Shown here piece by piece: positions 54,855 through 64,000 of a DNA stretch of 64,000 nucleotides. The notes beneath the pieces are model-generated. The model was not told the DNA's origin and ran no database searches. It saw only the letters and a program-made list of their open reading frames with translations. Source of the DNA: an uncultured virus (IMG/VR IMGVR_UViG_3300027753_000008) (Duplodnaviria; Heunggongvirae; Uroviricota; Caudoviricetes); the IMG/VR virus record IMGVR_UViG_3300027753_000008. One strand, written 5' to 3'. Position 1 is the stretch's first letter; every line of letters starts with the position of its first letter. Made by a program: the position numbers and the translations under genes.

Positions 54855-57335
54855 ATGGCCGAACAATATGAAAACAATCTATCATCACTTACGCAGCAAG
54901 CTATTGATTCAAGAGCATCTGATAAATCTAAAAATCTTCCAGAAGATCCCACTGGTGAGTATCCAAAAACAAGCTATTTCTTTTCAAGTAATATTGCAAA
55001 AGAAGCACGAGGCGTTGCGAGAAATGATCTAGAACTTTTCTCACAGTTTGAAGACATAGAATTATCTACTGGAGTTAAAGTTCCTTCACAGTATGGTAAA
55101 AATCAGGTATCTAAATCTGAAAAGGGTCACGTGTGGGAAATAGATGATACTGATGGAAACGAGCGTATTCTTATAAAACATTCTGAAGGTAGCGGCATAG
55201 AATTAACTCCAGACGGAAGCATAGTAGTTAGCACTAAAAAGCGTAAAGTTGAAATAATCGGTGGTACTAATGATGTTATCGTTGAAGGTGATGCACAGCT
55301 AGTATATAAAGGCAACCTAAATATAAAGGTTGTAGGCGAGTTTAATGTCGATTGTTTAGATTACAATGTTACAGTGAATGGTAATAAAGTAGAGACTGTA
55401 AAGGGATCAGAAGAAAAGAATGTTGGCAACGGATTACAAACTTCTGTTACAGGTCCGATAACGACCTACTCAACTGGTTTAGTCACAGATATGTTCTTAG
55501 GTGGGCATCAACACAATGTCAAAGGTAATCTTGATTATAACGTTAACGGTAATGTTGGTTTATTCTCTAGTGGTGAAATGAACATCACCTCACAGGACTA
55601 CATTAATATTGCTTCAGATAACGTGACTGCTTCAGCACAAAATATGACTGTACAAGGTGGTAGTGGAGTCATAGGTGGCACTGCCGTTAACTTTGTGGGT
55701 AACGGCGCTGTGTTTGATAAGGGTATCACTGCCCCGACATTCCATGGAGACCTAGATGGAACTGCGACTACTTCAACAGTAACTCAGTCTCAAGACTATG
55801 GAGAAGCAGTTACAGGAACTGCAGGTAGTATTACTAATACTGCGACTCCTACTATCACTACGCCAACTTCGACAAATGTTCTTACATACTTGCTTAAGGC
55901 CGCAGGTGGTATTCGTAAGGTGATCATTGACAAGGGCGACTACTTAAAGAACTTTATCGACAAGTCACAGGGTTATGGTGGTATTTCTACAGGAGAGATG
56001 ACTACAGGAAAGGCTAGATCAAAACTGAGAGATGCTGCTAATTCGGGAAACACACAGTTTGTAGCGCAGCTACTTAAAGAAAATATTATATGTTCTGAAT
56101 ATAATAATCCTACACCAAAAAGAATAGGTAGGACTATTAAGCAGGAATCGACTCCTGTCATTAGCAACGTGCCAGCAAACATATATTCGCCTCAAATTGC
56201 AGCTACTTATATACCTAAAAATAAAGTGGTAAGTATTATTCCTGAGGATAAGTATAATCCTCTTAGACAGGATGATATTACAATTAAGACTAAATTGTCT
56301 GAAGATACTACTATATCTAAGTTCTTGGGAACTGATGACGCCACTAATCTTAAATACATAAAAGCTTTAAGCGTTAAAAGAAACATAGCTAAAAATCTTT
56401 ATATTCAAAATCTTATTATTAAAAAGATCCAAGACAATACTGATAAGTTTAAAGGAGTAAATCTTATTGTTTCAGAGGGGATCTATAAACCTGGTCCTTC
56501 AGAAGTAATAACTCCTGGAAGTATTAATGATTTAAAGTCAAGTGGTAGAGCAGTTATCTACAAATCTATTGATAAAACCGGCAAACCAAATAATTTAGAT
56601 TTATTTGATATAGCCGAATATCTAAAAGATGTAGCATTTTTTGATAAGATGATTCTTTCATATGATACCTTAGAATGTACATCAGACAATCCTGTATTAA
56701 ATTCCAGACTCATAATGATCTTGCCACTAATCGATGATAATTGGAGCGGAACGTTTAGAAGAAAAGTATCTACCGAGTATAATAGACAGCTATTAGCAGA
56801 AGGAGAGTTAATAGAGTGTTTACTCGAAGATAATTCAGTTCTTGAGGAAAGAGCTATAGCTAAAAGAGCGGTTCCTCCAGCTGATGGAGCTGTAACTCAC
56901 GAACGAGGTAGCAACAGAATATACTGGCCTAATCAAAATATTGTTGATGCGATTGCGGCTGCTGTTCGTGAACTTGGGCCAGAATATACCGCTCAAATTA
57001 CATCAAACGGCGGTAGAGCTAGAAGAGCCACAGGAACTAAAAATCATCCAACTGGAGAAGCAGCTGATCATTATTTAATGCTAAATGGCGTCAGAATAAT
57101 GCCGTCAGAAAACGCATCCCTCTACCAACGGTATATTCGTATTTTAGTTAAGAACGCAAAGGCACGTGGAGTTCGTCCCGGTATTGGCGGTTATTCTTCA
57201 GAAAGGACCGTTGAGGGAGTGACCGAGAGGACTGGGTTTATTCATTATGATGAGAGTGCATGGAGACAGGGCGGTGCAGGATCTGCTGGAACTTGGAGTA
57301 AAGGTTTTGATGTTTCTTTTGCTAAAGCCTTATAA
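54855..57335 (+). CDS. gp5 C-terminal beta-helix spike fused to peptidase M15-like domain
   Basis: GHVWEIDDT.G.ERI...H..G, VxG repeats; HPTGEAAD and FIHYD. Confidence 0.8.
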   Translation: MAEQYENNLSSLTQQAIDSRASDKSKNLPEDPTGEYPKTSYFFSSNIAKEARGVARNDLELFSQFEDIELSTGVKVPSQYGKNQVSKSEKGHVWEIDDTDGNERILIKHSEGSGIELTPDGSIVVSTKKRKVEIIGGTNDVIVEGDAQLVYKGNLNIKVVGEFNVDCLDYNVTVNGNKVETVKGSEEKNVGNGLQTSVTGPITTYSTGLVTDMFLGGHQHNVKGNLDYNVNGNVGLFSSGEMNITSQDYINIASDNVTASAQNMTVQGGSGVIGGTAVNFVGNGAVFDKGITAPTFHGDLDGTATTSTVTQSQDYGEAVTGTAGSITNTATPTITTPTSTNVLTYLLKAAGGIRKVIIDKGDYLKNFIDKSQGYGGISTGEMTTGKARSKLRDAANSGNTQFVAQLLKENIICSEYNNPTPKRIGRTIKQESTPVISNVPANIYSPQIAATYIPKNKVVSIIPEDKYNPLRQDDITIKTKLSEDTTISKFLGTDDATNLKYIKALSVKRNIAKNLYIQNLIIKKIQDNTDKFKGVNLIVSEGIYKPGPSEVITPGSINDLKSSGRAVIYKSIDKTGKPNNLDLFDIAEYLKDVAFFDKMILSYDTLECTSDNPVLNSRLIMILPLIDDNWSGTFRRKVSTEYNRQLLAEGELIECLLEDNSVLEERAIAKRAVPPADGAVTHERGSNRIYWPNQNIVDAIAAAVRELGPEYTAQITSNGGRARRATGTKNHPTGEAADHYLMLNGVRIMPSENASLYQRYIRILVKNAKARGVRPGIGGYSSERTVEGVTERTGFIHYDESAWRQGGAGSAGTWSKGFDVSFAKAL

Positions 57336-57338
57336 ATA
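57331..57338 (+). promoter_or_regulatory. Late promoter
   Basis: TATAAATA. Confidence 0.75.
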
Positions 57339-57363
57339 ACACTAAATAAAACAGAGAACTTTT

Positions 57364-57810
57364 ATGGCTACTGCAAGAATATTATCAAGAGAAGACGGAG
57401 ATCTTAGCAGGTCTACTATCAATGCAAGTAGAAGCGTAGAATATAGAGATATAGATCTTTCGTTTACTGCAAAGGCGAATGGTGAGATATTTGTTAAAAA
57501 AGAAGCTGCAGCCGTTAAACAGGCTGTAAAAAATCTTATTCTTACTAATTTCTATGAAAAACCCTTTGAGCTTTTTTATGGCGGTGATATTACAAGCCTC
57601 TTATTTGAACTTGTAGATGAAGATGTTGAAGATGAAATAAAAGAAAATATATTTAATGCTATTCAAATATACGAGCCTAGAGCCATAGTTAGAGATGTAC
57701 AGGTAAGTTATAAAGAATCACAAAATTCTATAAACGTTATGATAGAATTTCAAATTATAAACTCAGAAGAAGTTGTGGTATTTACGACTTCGCTATCAAG
57801 GTTAAGGTAA
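57364..57810 (+). CDS. gp25: Baseplate wedge gp25
   Basis: Y.DIDLSF, AVKQAVKNL.LT..YE.PF, YEPR. Confidence 0.92.
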   Translation: MATARILSREDGDLSRSTINASRSVEYRDIDLSFTAKANGEIFVKKEAAAVKQAVKNLILTNFYEKPFELFYGGDITSLLFELVDEDVEDEIKENIFNAIQIYEPRAIVRDVQVSYKESQNSINVMIEFQIINSEEVVVFTTSLSRLR

Positions 57811-57811
57811 T

Positions 57812-59839
57812 ATGGCCACAACTATAAAATCATCAGCTTTAGACTTTAATAATATTAAAAGCAATTTAAAGGACTATCTTGCTAATAAAGATGAGTTTAG
57901 AGACTACAATTTTGAGGCATCTGGCCTTTCTAATATTCTTGATGTATTAGCATATAATACTCATCTTAATGCTTTAATAGCAAATTTTGCTCTTAACGAA
58001 TCTTACCTACCAACAGCACAATTAAGAAGTTCAGTGGTATCATTATCTGAAGGAATCGGTTATGTTCCAGATACTGATACTGCTGCACAAGCGAAGGTAA
58101 GGTTAACATTTAATTCGAGTGCTGCAGGAAGAGAAGAAACAGTATCCTTACCAGCCTATACTAAATTTACTACAAGCGTAGATGATACCTCTTATTCGTT
58201 TCAAACTGTACAACCTTTTGAAGCTATTGATGACGGAACAGGGTTTTATGAGTTTAAAACTAATGATGGTTCTAATAGGATTTCTATTTTTGAAGGTTCT
58301 TTGAGAACTAAAACATTTTTAGTAGGTGAATATCAAGACAACCCAGTGTATGTTATACCTGATACAACTATTGATGCCGATACTGTCACCGTAAAGGTAT
58401 ATGCTTCTGGAGTATCTTCAGATTTTACTCAGTACCAAAATATTTCAGGCGCTACTTCGATTAGCGCTAACTCGACGATATATATTTTAAAAGAATCGCC
58501 AAATGGGTATTTTGATCTATCGTTTGGTGATGGCGAAACGTTTGGTATCGCTCCAACTACAGGTAGCAGAATTGAAATTAGCTATCTTTCAGTAAAAGGC
58601 GCTACTGCAAATGGAGCCTCAGATTTTACTCCTGCATCTCAGTTTTCTCAGGGTAATATATCAGCAGACTTAAACGTAGTAACATACGTAAATTCTATAG
58701 GTGGTGATAATAAAGAATCAATAGAGTCAATTAGGAAAAACGCTCCGTTTCAATACGCTACTCAGAATAGGATGGTTACTGCCGGAGACTATTCTTCACT
58801 TATCTTACAAAGCTATTCTACACTCATTGAAGATATAGCTTCATGGGGTGGCGAAGAAGCTGTTAATCCAGAATTTGGTGCGGTATATATTTCTATCCTG
58901 TTTGAAAATGGAGTAACTGCAGATACTATCTCTACTACTAAACAGGCTATAAGAAATTTAGCTGCACAATTATCAATAGTTTCATTTAATATTAGATTCA
59001 TAGATCCTATTGAGACTTTTATTGAAACTGATACATTCTTTCAATTTAACCCTAAGCTTACCGACTTAACTTTAAATGCCGTACAAAATAATGTAAACAA
59101 TATTATTGCGGGGTACTTTACAGACAACACTGGTGGCTTTAAGCAAGCATTTAGGAGATCAAACGTACTAACAGAAGTCGATGCTTCTTCTCCAGCTATT
59201 CTTTCATCTAGATCTAATATAAGAATGCAGCAAAGGTTTACTCCTACCTCACCAAACTTAATATTGGTCATTAATTCTCTTTTAATAGCTCCTGCGGCTA
59301 GATCTGTTTTAATAGGAAATAGAGTAGAATCATCGTTTGATACTATAGTTAATAATGTTGTTGAAGGCAGATATGAAGATGCTGCTAACCTAATGATCCA
59401 ACTAGATATTAGCAACGAGAATTTTGCATATATTGTTGATACATTAAAAGCCGTTGCAGTGAATAAGAGTGTAAACCTTCAATTTCCAGTTCCTATTGCT
59501 ATACCAGATGACAACGAATATATCATTACGAGTAATGCTTTTACTTATCAAGGTACAACATGCTTGCTACGAAATAAGTTGTCTACAAATATTATACAGA
59601 TTGTAGCTTCTGCTGGTGACGATATACTAGTTGACAATATAGGTAACTTTAATGCAGTTGATGGAATAGTTACTATCAACAATTTTAATCCTACTAGTAT
59701 ATCGGCTGGACTTAACCTTATAAAACTGGCGGCGGTACCATCTAACCAAAGTGCAATAGCTCCTACGCGAAATGAAATATTAAATTTTGATAAAGATAGG
59801 TCAACCACAACTGCAGTAACAGTAAGTGCAATCAACTAA
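57812..59839 (+). CDS. gp6: Baseplate wedge gp6
   Basis: LDF..IK.NL, DYNFE.SGL..LDVLAYNTH, QNRMVT..DY, WGGE. Confidence 0.93.
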   Translation: MATTIKSSALDFNNIKSNLKDYLANKDEFRDYNFEASGLSNILDVLAYNTHLNALIANFALNESYLPTAQLRSSVVSLSEGIGYVPDTDTAAQAKVRLTFNSSAAGREETVSLPAYTKFTTSVDDTSYSFQTVQPFEAIDDGTGFYEFKTNDGSNRISIFEGSLRTKTFLVGEYQDNPVYVIPDTTIDADTVTVKVYASGVSSDFTQYQNISGATSISANSTIYILKESPNGYFDLSFGDGETFGIAPTTGSRIEISYLSVKGATANGASDFTPASQFSQGNISADLNVVTYVNSIGGDNKESIESIRKNAPFQYATQNRMVTAGDYSSLILQSYSTLIEDIASWGGEEAVNPEFGAVYISILFENGVTADTISTTKQAIRNLAAQLSIVSFNIRFIDPIETFIETDTFFQFNPKLTDLTLNAVQNNVNNIIAGYFTDNTGGFKQAFRRSNVLTEVDASSPAILSSRSNIRMQQRFTPTSPNLILVINSLLIAPAARSVLIGNRVESSFDTIVNNVVEGRYEDAANLMIQLDISNENFAYIVDTLKAVAVNKSVNLQFPVPIAIPDDNEYIITSNAFTYQGTTCLLRNKLSTNIIQIVASAGDDILVDNIGNFNAVDGIVTINNFNPTSISAGLNLIKLAAVPSNQSAIAPTRNEILNFDKDRSTTTAVTVSAIN

Positions 59840-60894
59840 TGTCTACTAATGATAAAACCCTTCTCGATAATAATCGAACAGACTTAAGCTTCTTAAGAAG
59901 TGATATTGGAAATGTTTTACCAGATCATTTTAAAACGGATTATCCAAACTTAATAAAGTTATTTGAAGCTTATTATGAATGGATGGAATCAGCTGATAAC
60001 CCTTCTGGTAAAATTAAAAGACTAAACTCTTCTCGAGACGCTACTCAAGTACCAGTTGATTTATTACAGTATCTTGAAGACGAGCTTCTATTGGGTCAAG
60101 CGTATTTTGGCGGGTTCATTAATAAAAGAGAAGCTATAAAGTTTTCTAATACTCTGTACAGGTCAAAGGGTACTAAATATAGCATTGAGCAGTTCTTTAG
60201 AGGATTTTTTGGTGAAGACCCGCAAATTATATATCCAAAAGATAATGTATTTAAAGTTGGGCCAGCTATAGACTATGATCTAAGTGATGTTAATGGTAAT
60301 GGCCAACAGATAAAGACCCAGGCTTCTGTAATAGGCCCAGAGTCGCGTAAGTTTATTACAGATGATAAACTTTATCAAGTATTGTCTGTACTTATTCGAA
60401 TAGGCATACCTTTAAATGAGTGGGTAGATACCTATAAATTGTTTGTACATCCTGCAGGAGTTTTTCTTGGAGCTGAACTTTTATTAGAACTTGTTAATAC
60501 TGATGGACTTCAGATACAGCAATCTGAAATTATAGATGAACCTGATGAGTTATTACTAGTTGAACTTGAAGCAGAGCTAGGTGTTACAGCAGATACTTCA
60601 GAAACACTGCTTTTACATGATAGCGATTTAGGTATAGTTAGAATTACAACAGAAGCTACAGTTTCTAATACTTCAGATATTCAAATCGGAAATATGGATG
60701 CAGATAGATCTGTGTTTGATATTACTGGATTTGCAGGTACCTTGATGGATGATTCTGGAGATACTTCAGAACTTATACTTACAGTGGATCAAGACTCTGC
60801 CGAAACAGCCATATTTGCTACAATGGATATGGGCAAATTCTCAACCGTATTTGACGCTGTTAATAGTGCTGATTCAGCGGATTATCCACTTTAG
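59839..60894 (+). CDS. Baseplate wedge protein (gp7-like)
   Basis: F.AYYEWME, YRSKGT..S...FFR, HPAG. Confidence 0.7.
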   Translation: MSTNDKTLLDNNRTDLSFLRSDIGNVLPDHFKTDYPNLIKLFEAYYEWMESADNPSGKIKRLNSSRDATQVPVDLLQYLEDELLLGQAYFGGFINKREAIKFSNTLYRSKGTKYSIEQFFRGFFGEDPQIIYPKDNVFKVGPAIDYDLSDVNGNGQQIKTQASVIGPESRKFITDDKLYQVLSVLIRIGIPLNEWVDTYKLFVHPAGVFLGAELLLELVNTDGLQIQQSEIIDEPDELLLVELEAELGVTADTSETLLLHDSDLGIVRITTEATVSNTSDIQIGNMDADRSVFDITGFAGTLMDDSGDTSELILTVDQDSAETAIFATMDMGKFSTVFDAVNSADSADYPL

Positions 60895-60898
60895 CATG

Positions 60899-60906
60899 TA
60901 TAAATA
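60899..60906 (+). promoter_or_regulatory. Late promoter
   Basis: TATAAATA. Confidence 0.75.
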
Positions 60907-60932
60907 CTATAAACCAAATTAGAGAGTAAGTT

Positions 60933-61934
60933 ATGGCGAGACAGACAATCAATGTAGGCGCAGCGGCAAATGATAGGACCGGAGATACCTTACGTGCTGC
61001 AGGCTTAAAAATGAATGCCAATTTTACAGAATTATACAACATTTTAGGCGGTGAGGTAGTAGGTCCTAATACGACTTCTCTTACAGACAGTGGTTTTGAT
61101 ATAATTGGTGTTACTGCTAGAACTAAAATAGGAGCAGCAGATCCTACACAAGAAATTAGTATTGATTTTCCAGATTCGGCTGGTAACATAGTAGTTGATG
61201 TTGCGACACAAACCTTAAGAAATAAAACCGTAGATAGTGCTGATTTAAATAATCCTTCTATACTTAATTTAAGTATAAAAGATAATGACCTCAGTCACGC
61301 TTACAATTTTGTTGCGGGTGCATTAACTGCAAATCAAGACGTTGGTATTCCATCTTTAACAGCAGATGATACTTTAGTTTTAAATGATGCTGCAGGTACT
61401 CTTACGAATAAAACACTGTTTGATCCAATCATACAGCAAGCAAGAGTTCACCAATATTTAGCAGATTCTATTGGGAACTCAGTAATATCTTTTACTGATG
61501 ACTTTACTTCTTCGAGAAATAACATTAAAGTATCAGATACAGCTACCGGTTCTTCTCCGATTATCGAAGCTATTGGGGCTGATAATAACGTAAACCTGAT
61601 TTTAAGGCCTAAGGGAATTGGTGTTGTAGTAGCAGATAAAGTTGGTGTACAATCGGCTACTGCAGCAAATGGAACCGCAGCAGACCAAGAATACGGATAT
61701 ATAGTTCTTACAGGAACATCTTCTGGCACAGTACAACTAGCAGATGGAACCTTTCAGGGCGAAACAAAAATATTCACGAGAGTCGCTGGAGGAACTGGAA
61801 CAGTAAGTTTAACACCCGACACACTCGCTCACGGAACAAGCATAAATTTTGATCCTCTCGATTCAGTTCATCTTATATGGAATACTACAAGTGGATGGAT
61901 TATAGTAGGTGGTTATGGATACGCAGTCGTATAG
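60933..61934 (+). CDS. Baseplate/tail fibre connector (gp9/gp10-like N-terminus)
   Basis: INVG..ANDRTGDTLR.A..K.N.NF.ELY; TL.NKT repeats. Confidence 0.7.
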   Translation: MARQTINVGAAANDRTGDTLRAAGLKMNANFTELYNILGGEVVGPNTTSLTDSGFDIIGVTARTKIGAADPTQEISIDFPDSAGNIVVDVATQTLRNKTVDSADLNNPSILNLSIKDNDLSHAYNFVAGALTANQDVGIPSLTADDTLVLNDAAGTLTNKTLFDPIIQQARVHQYLADSIGNSVISFTDDFTSSRNNIKVSDTATGSSPIIEAIGADNNVNLILRPKGIGVVVADKVGVQSATAANGTAADQEYGYIVLTGTSSGTVQLADGTFQGETKIFTRVAGGTGTVSLTPDTLAHGTSINFDPLDSVHLIWNTTSGWIIVGGYGYAVV

Positions 61935-61944
61935 GAAATAGACA

Positions 61945-63330
61945 ATGCCAGCAATTATTACAGACAGAATAAAAAGACAATTTACACAACAGGTATTCGA
62001 TGAAAATGAGGGCATAAACCTTGGTGATTCCGATAACTATTTCTATATCGGCGTAGGGCACTCTCAAATTTGGCAGCCAGCACTGGGCACTGATGTCACG
62101 CCTGATCCCAGCAATACTGAAAGAGATAGAAGACTATTTAGATATAATATGCAATCTGTAAAAGCAGTTGAAGCTTTTTCTTTCGTTGTACCTTTAACTG
62201 ATTGGACAACCAATACCGTTTACCCTTCTTTTAATGACAACCAAGTTGGTCAGCCAACTCCTGGTTACTACGTTAAAACAGCTGATAACCATGTTTATGT
62301 TTGTATTCGTCAAGGTAAAAATAGTTTTGGATCTCCGGTCGTATCTAATTTCCTTCCAGACCATACAGATACTACTTTGCCGGTTGAAAATGATGGATAT
62401 ATATGGAAGTACATGTATACTATTACTACTGCTGATGCAAATAGATTTTTAACTTCTAACTTTATGCCTGTCAAGTTCGTAATTGATGCTGCGCCAACTG
62501 ATCCTGAAGCTCCTCAAAAAGCTGTGCAGGATGCATCAATTGATGGACAAATTATAGGTTATAGAGTTAAAAGTAACAGCGGTGTTTACTCGGCAGCTCC
62601 TAGCCTTACAGTAGTTGGTGACGGTACTGGAGCAAATGCACACGCTATTTTAGATAATACCGGAAAGCTTGCTGCAGTTCAAGTTGGAACAAGTTCGGCC
62701 GTTACTAATATTGTATCAGATTTAGGATCAGGGTATAATCAAGCCTCAATAACAGTAGATCAAACTAATTTAACAAGTGGAGCAAGTGCAGAGGTATTTC
62801 CCATTTTTGCTGTTGAAGGAGGAATTGGTGCAGATGCTAGATCGGATCTACGATCTACAAGCATAATGTTTAATATCAAACCCGAAGGCGACGTATCTGG
62901 TGATTGGATAGTTGATAACGAGTATAGACAGATAGGCTTATTAAAAAATATTAAGCAACCTGGCGGTGCGTTATTTACTGAAACACAAGGTAGAGCAGTT
63001 AAGCAGATAGTATTAAGTGAAACCATATCTGAGCTTTCTTGGGCCAACGACGTAACAATTAATGGAGCGGGTAGTGCCAGCGGATATATAGACTATTTTG
63101 ATGGTATTTCTACAATTTGGTATCATCAAAATGAAGAAACTGGATTTTCGAACTTTACTATCGGAGAAACCGTAACTATAACAGGTAAAGCTGGAACATT
63201 TACTATATCTGATATTGTCGCTGGAGAGATTGATATATATTCTGGAGAGTTACTCTTTTTAAATAACAGACAAAAACTCCCACGAGATGCAGCTCAAACT
63301 GAAGATATTAAAGTAGTTATTAAACTCTAA
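61945..63330 (+). CDS. gp8: Baseplate wedge gp8
   Basis: VY.C, DGYIWKYMYTI, F....FMPV, YRQIGL..N, Q.EDIK.VI. Confidence 0.88.
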   Translation: MPAIITDRIKRQFTQQVFDENEGINLGDSDNYFYIGVGHSQIWQPALGTDVTPDPSNTERDRRLFRYNMQSVKAVEAFSFVVPLTDWTTNTVYPSFNDNQVGQPTPGYYVKTADNHVYVCIRQGKNSFGSPVVSNFLPDHTDTTLPVENDGYIWKYMYTITTADANRFLTSNFMPVKFVIDAAPTDPEAPQKAVQDASIDGQIIGYRVKSNSGVYSAAPSLTVVGDGTGANAHAILDNTGKLAAVQVGTSSAVTNIVSDLGSGYNQASITVDQTNLTSGASAEVFPIFAVEGGIGADARSDLRSTSIMFNIKPEGDVSGDWIVDNEYRQIGLLKNIKQPGGALFTETQGRAVKQIVLSETISELSWANDVTINGAGSASGYIDYFDGISTIWYHQNEETGFSNFTIGETVTITGKAGTFTISDIVAGEIDIYSGELLFLNNRQKLPRDAAQTEDIKVVIKL

Positions 63331-63339
63331 GGATAAACA

Positions 63340-64000
63340 ATGGCAACTAATCTTACTAACACCACGTTCTTGAGTGAATATAATGATGACTTCAGAGATA
63401 GTGATCACTACCATCGTATTCTTTTTAATAACGGTCGTGCTCTTCAAGCTAGAGAGCTAACGCAATCACAATCTATTATACAAGCAGAACTAGCCAGGCT
63501 TTCACGGTTTATAGTAAATGAAGGCGCAATATTTAATAATTCAGCAAGCCTTGCTTCAGGTGTCAATGCCTTTTCTTACACGTACTTGAAAGTCAGTTCT
63601 TTACCTATAGGTTATGCAGCTTTAAAGGGTACTAAAATAAATGATGGTGATTTGTTTGCTATAGTAAAAGATGTCTTACCGGCTGCAAATGGAGATCCTG
63701 ATACGCTATTCGTAAAGATGTCAGAGGGTAAAGTTGGAGGAGCAGACGAAGCTGAAGTTACTACAGTTTCTAAGCCATTTGTTGCAGGAGCTACTCTTAC
63801 AACTGATTTAGGTAATATTACCATTCAGTCAGTGAATGACGCGGTTGGAAAATGTTCTATTGTTGATATTCCTCAGTTTGATACATATGCTGGAAACCAT
63901 CTTGTAATGGTTGACGCTCAATCATTAGTTCTTTCTAAATACACTCCTACCTTTACAGGCACTGTTGGTTTTAAAGTAGTAGAAGAAATTATTACTACAG
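63340..64000 (+). CDS. Large virion structural protein (DUF4815/VrlC-like), truncated by window end
   Basis: YNDDF....HYHRILF..GRALQARELTQSQSI.Q; open to end. Confidence 0.8.
   Translation, partial: MATNLTNTTFLSEYNDDFRDSDHYHRILFNNGRALQARELTQSQSIIQAELARLSRFIVNEGAIFNNSASLASGVNAFSYTYLKVSSLPIGYAALKGTKINDGDLFAIVKDVLPAANGDPDTLFVKMSEGKVGGADEAEVTTVSKPFVAGATLTTDLGNITIQSVNDAVGKCSIVDIPQFDTYAGNHLVMVDAQSLVLSKYTPTFTGTVGFKVVEEIITT

Noticed and set aside
1..64000. CRISPR arrays, introns/inteins, integrase, transposases, stop-codon recoding
   Set aside because: No repeat-spacer array seen; conserved genes (nrdJ, gp32, gp6) are uninterrupted in the standard code; no mobile-element motifs recognised

Overview
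A 64 kb segment of an AT-rich, T4-like myovirus genome, probably from a marine phage of Alphaproteobacteria. The host inference rests on an alpha-type circularly permuted tmRNA with tag ANDNFAPSGFALAA, a class II B12-dependent RNR and a DUF6356-like gene. In order, the window holds: early hypothetical genes; a SleB-type hydrolase; the two-piece tmRNA; a late operon of secreted/membrane proteins including a pilin-like and a chaperone-like gene; a late block of probable internal head proteins with T4-type capsid-targeting N-termini (nuclease-like, ligase-like, nucleotidyltransferase); spanins; nrdJ; a GIY-YIG nuclease; rnh; phoH; an eight-gene glycosylation cluster; three tRNAs; early accessory genes; a heavily base-paired ~300 nt intergenic RNA candidate; gp33 and gp32; and the tail/baseplate module (tape-measure-like, gp51, 26, 54, 2, 4, 48, 53, 27-like, a three-part gp5, 25, 6, 7-like, 9/10-like, 8, partial DUF4815-like). 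Twelve early promoters (TGTACA-N17-TAnnnT, one TATAAA) and about a dozen TATAAATA late promoters can be read directly. All protein family calls come from recalled motifs, not database searches.
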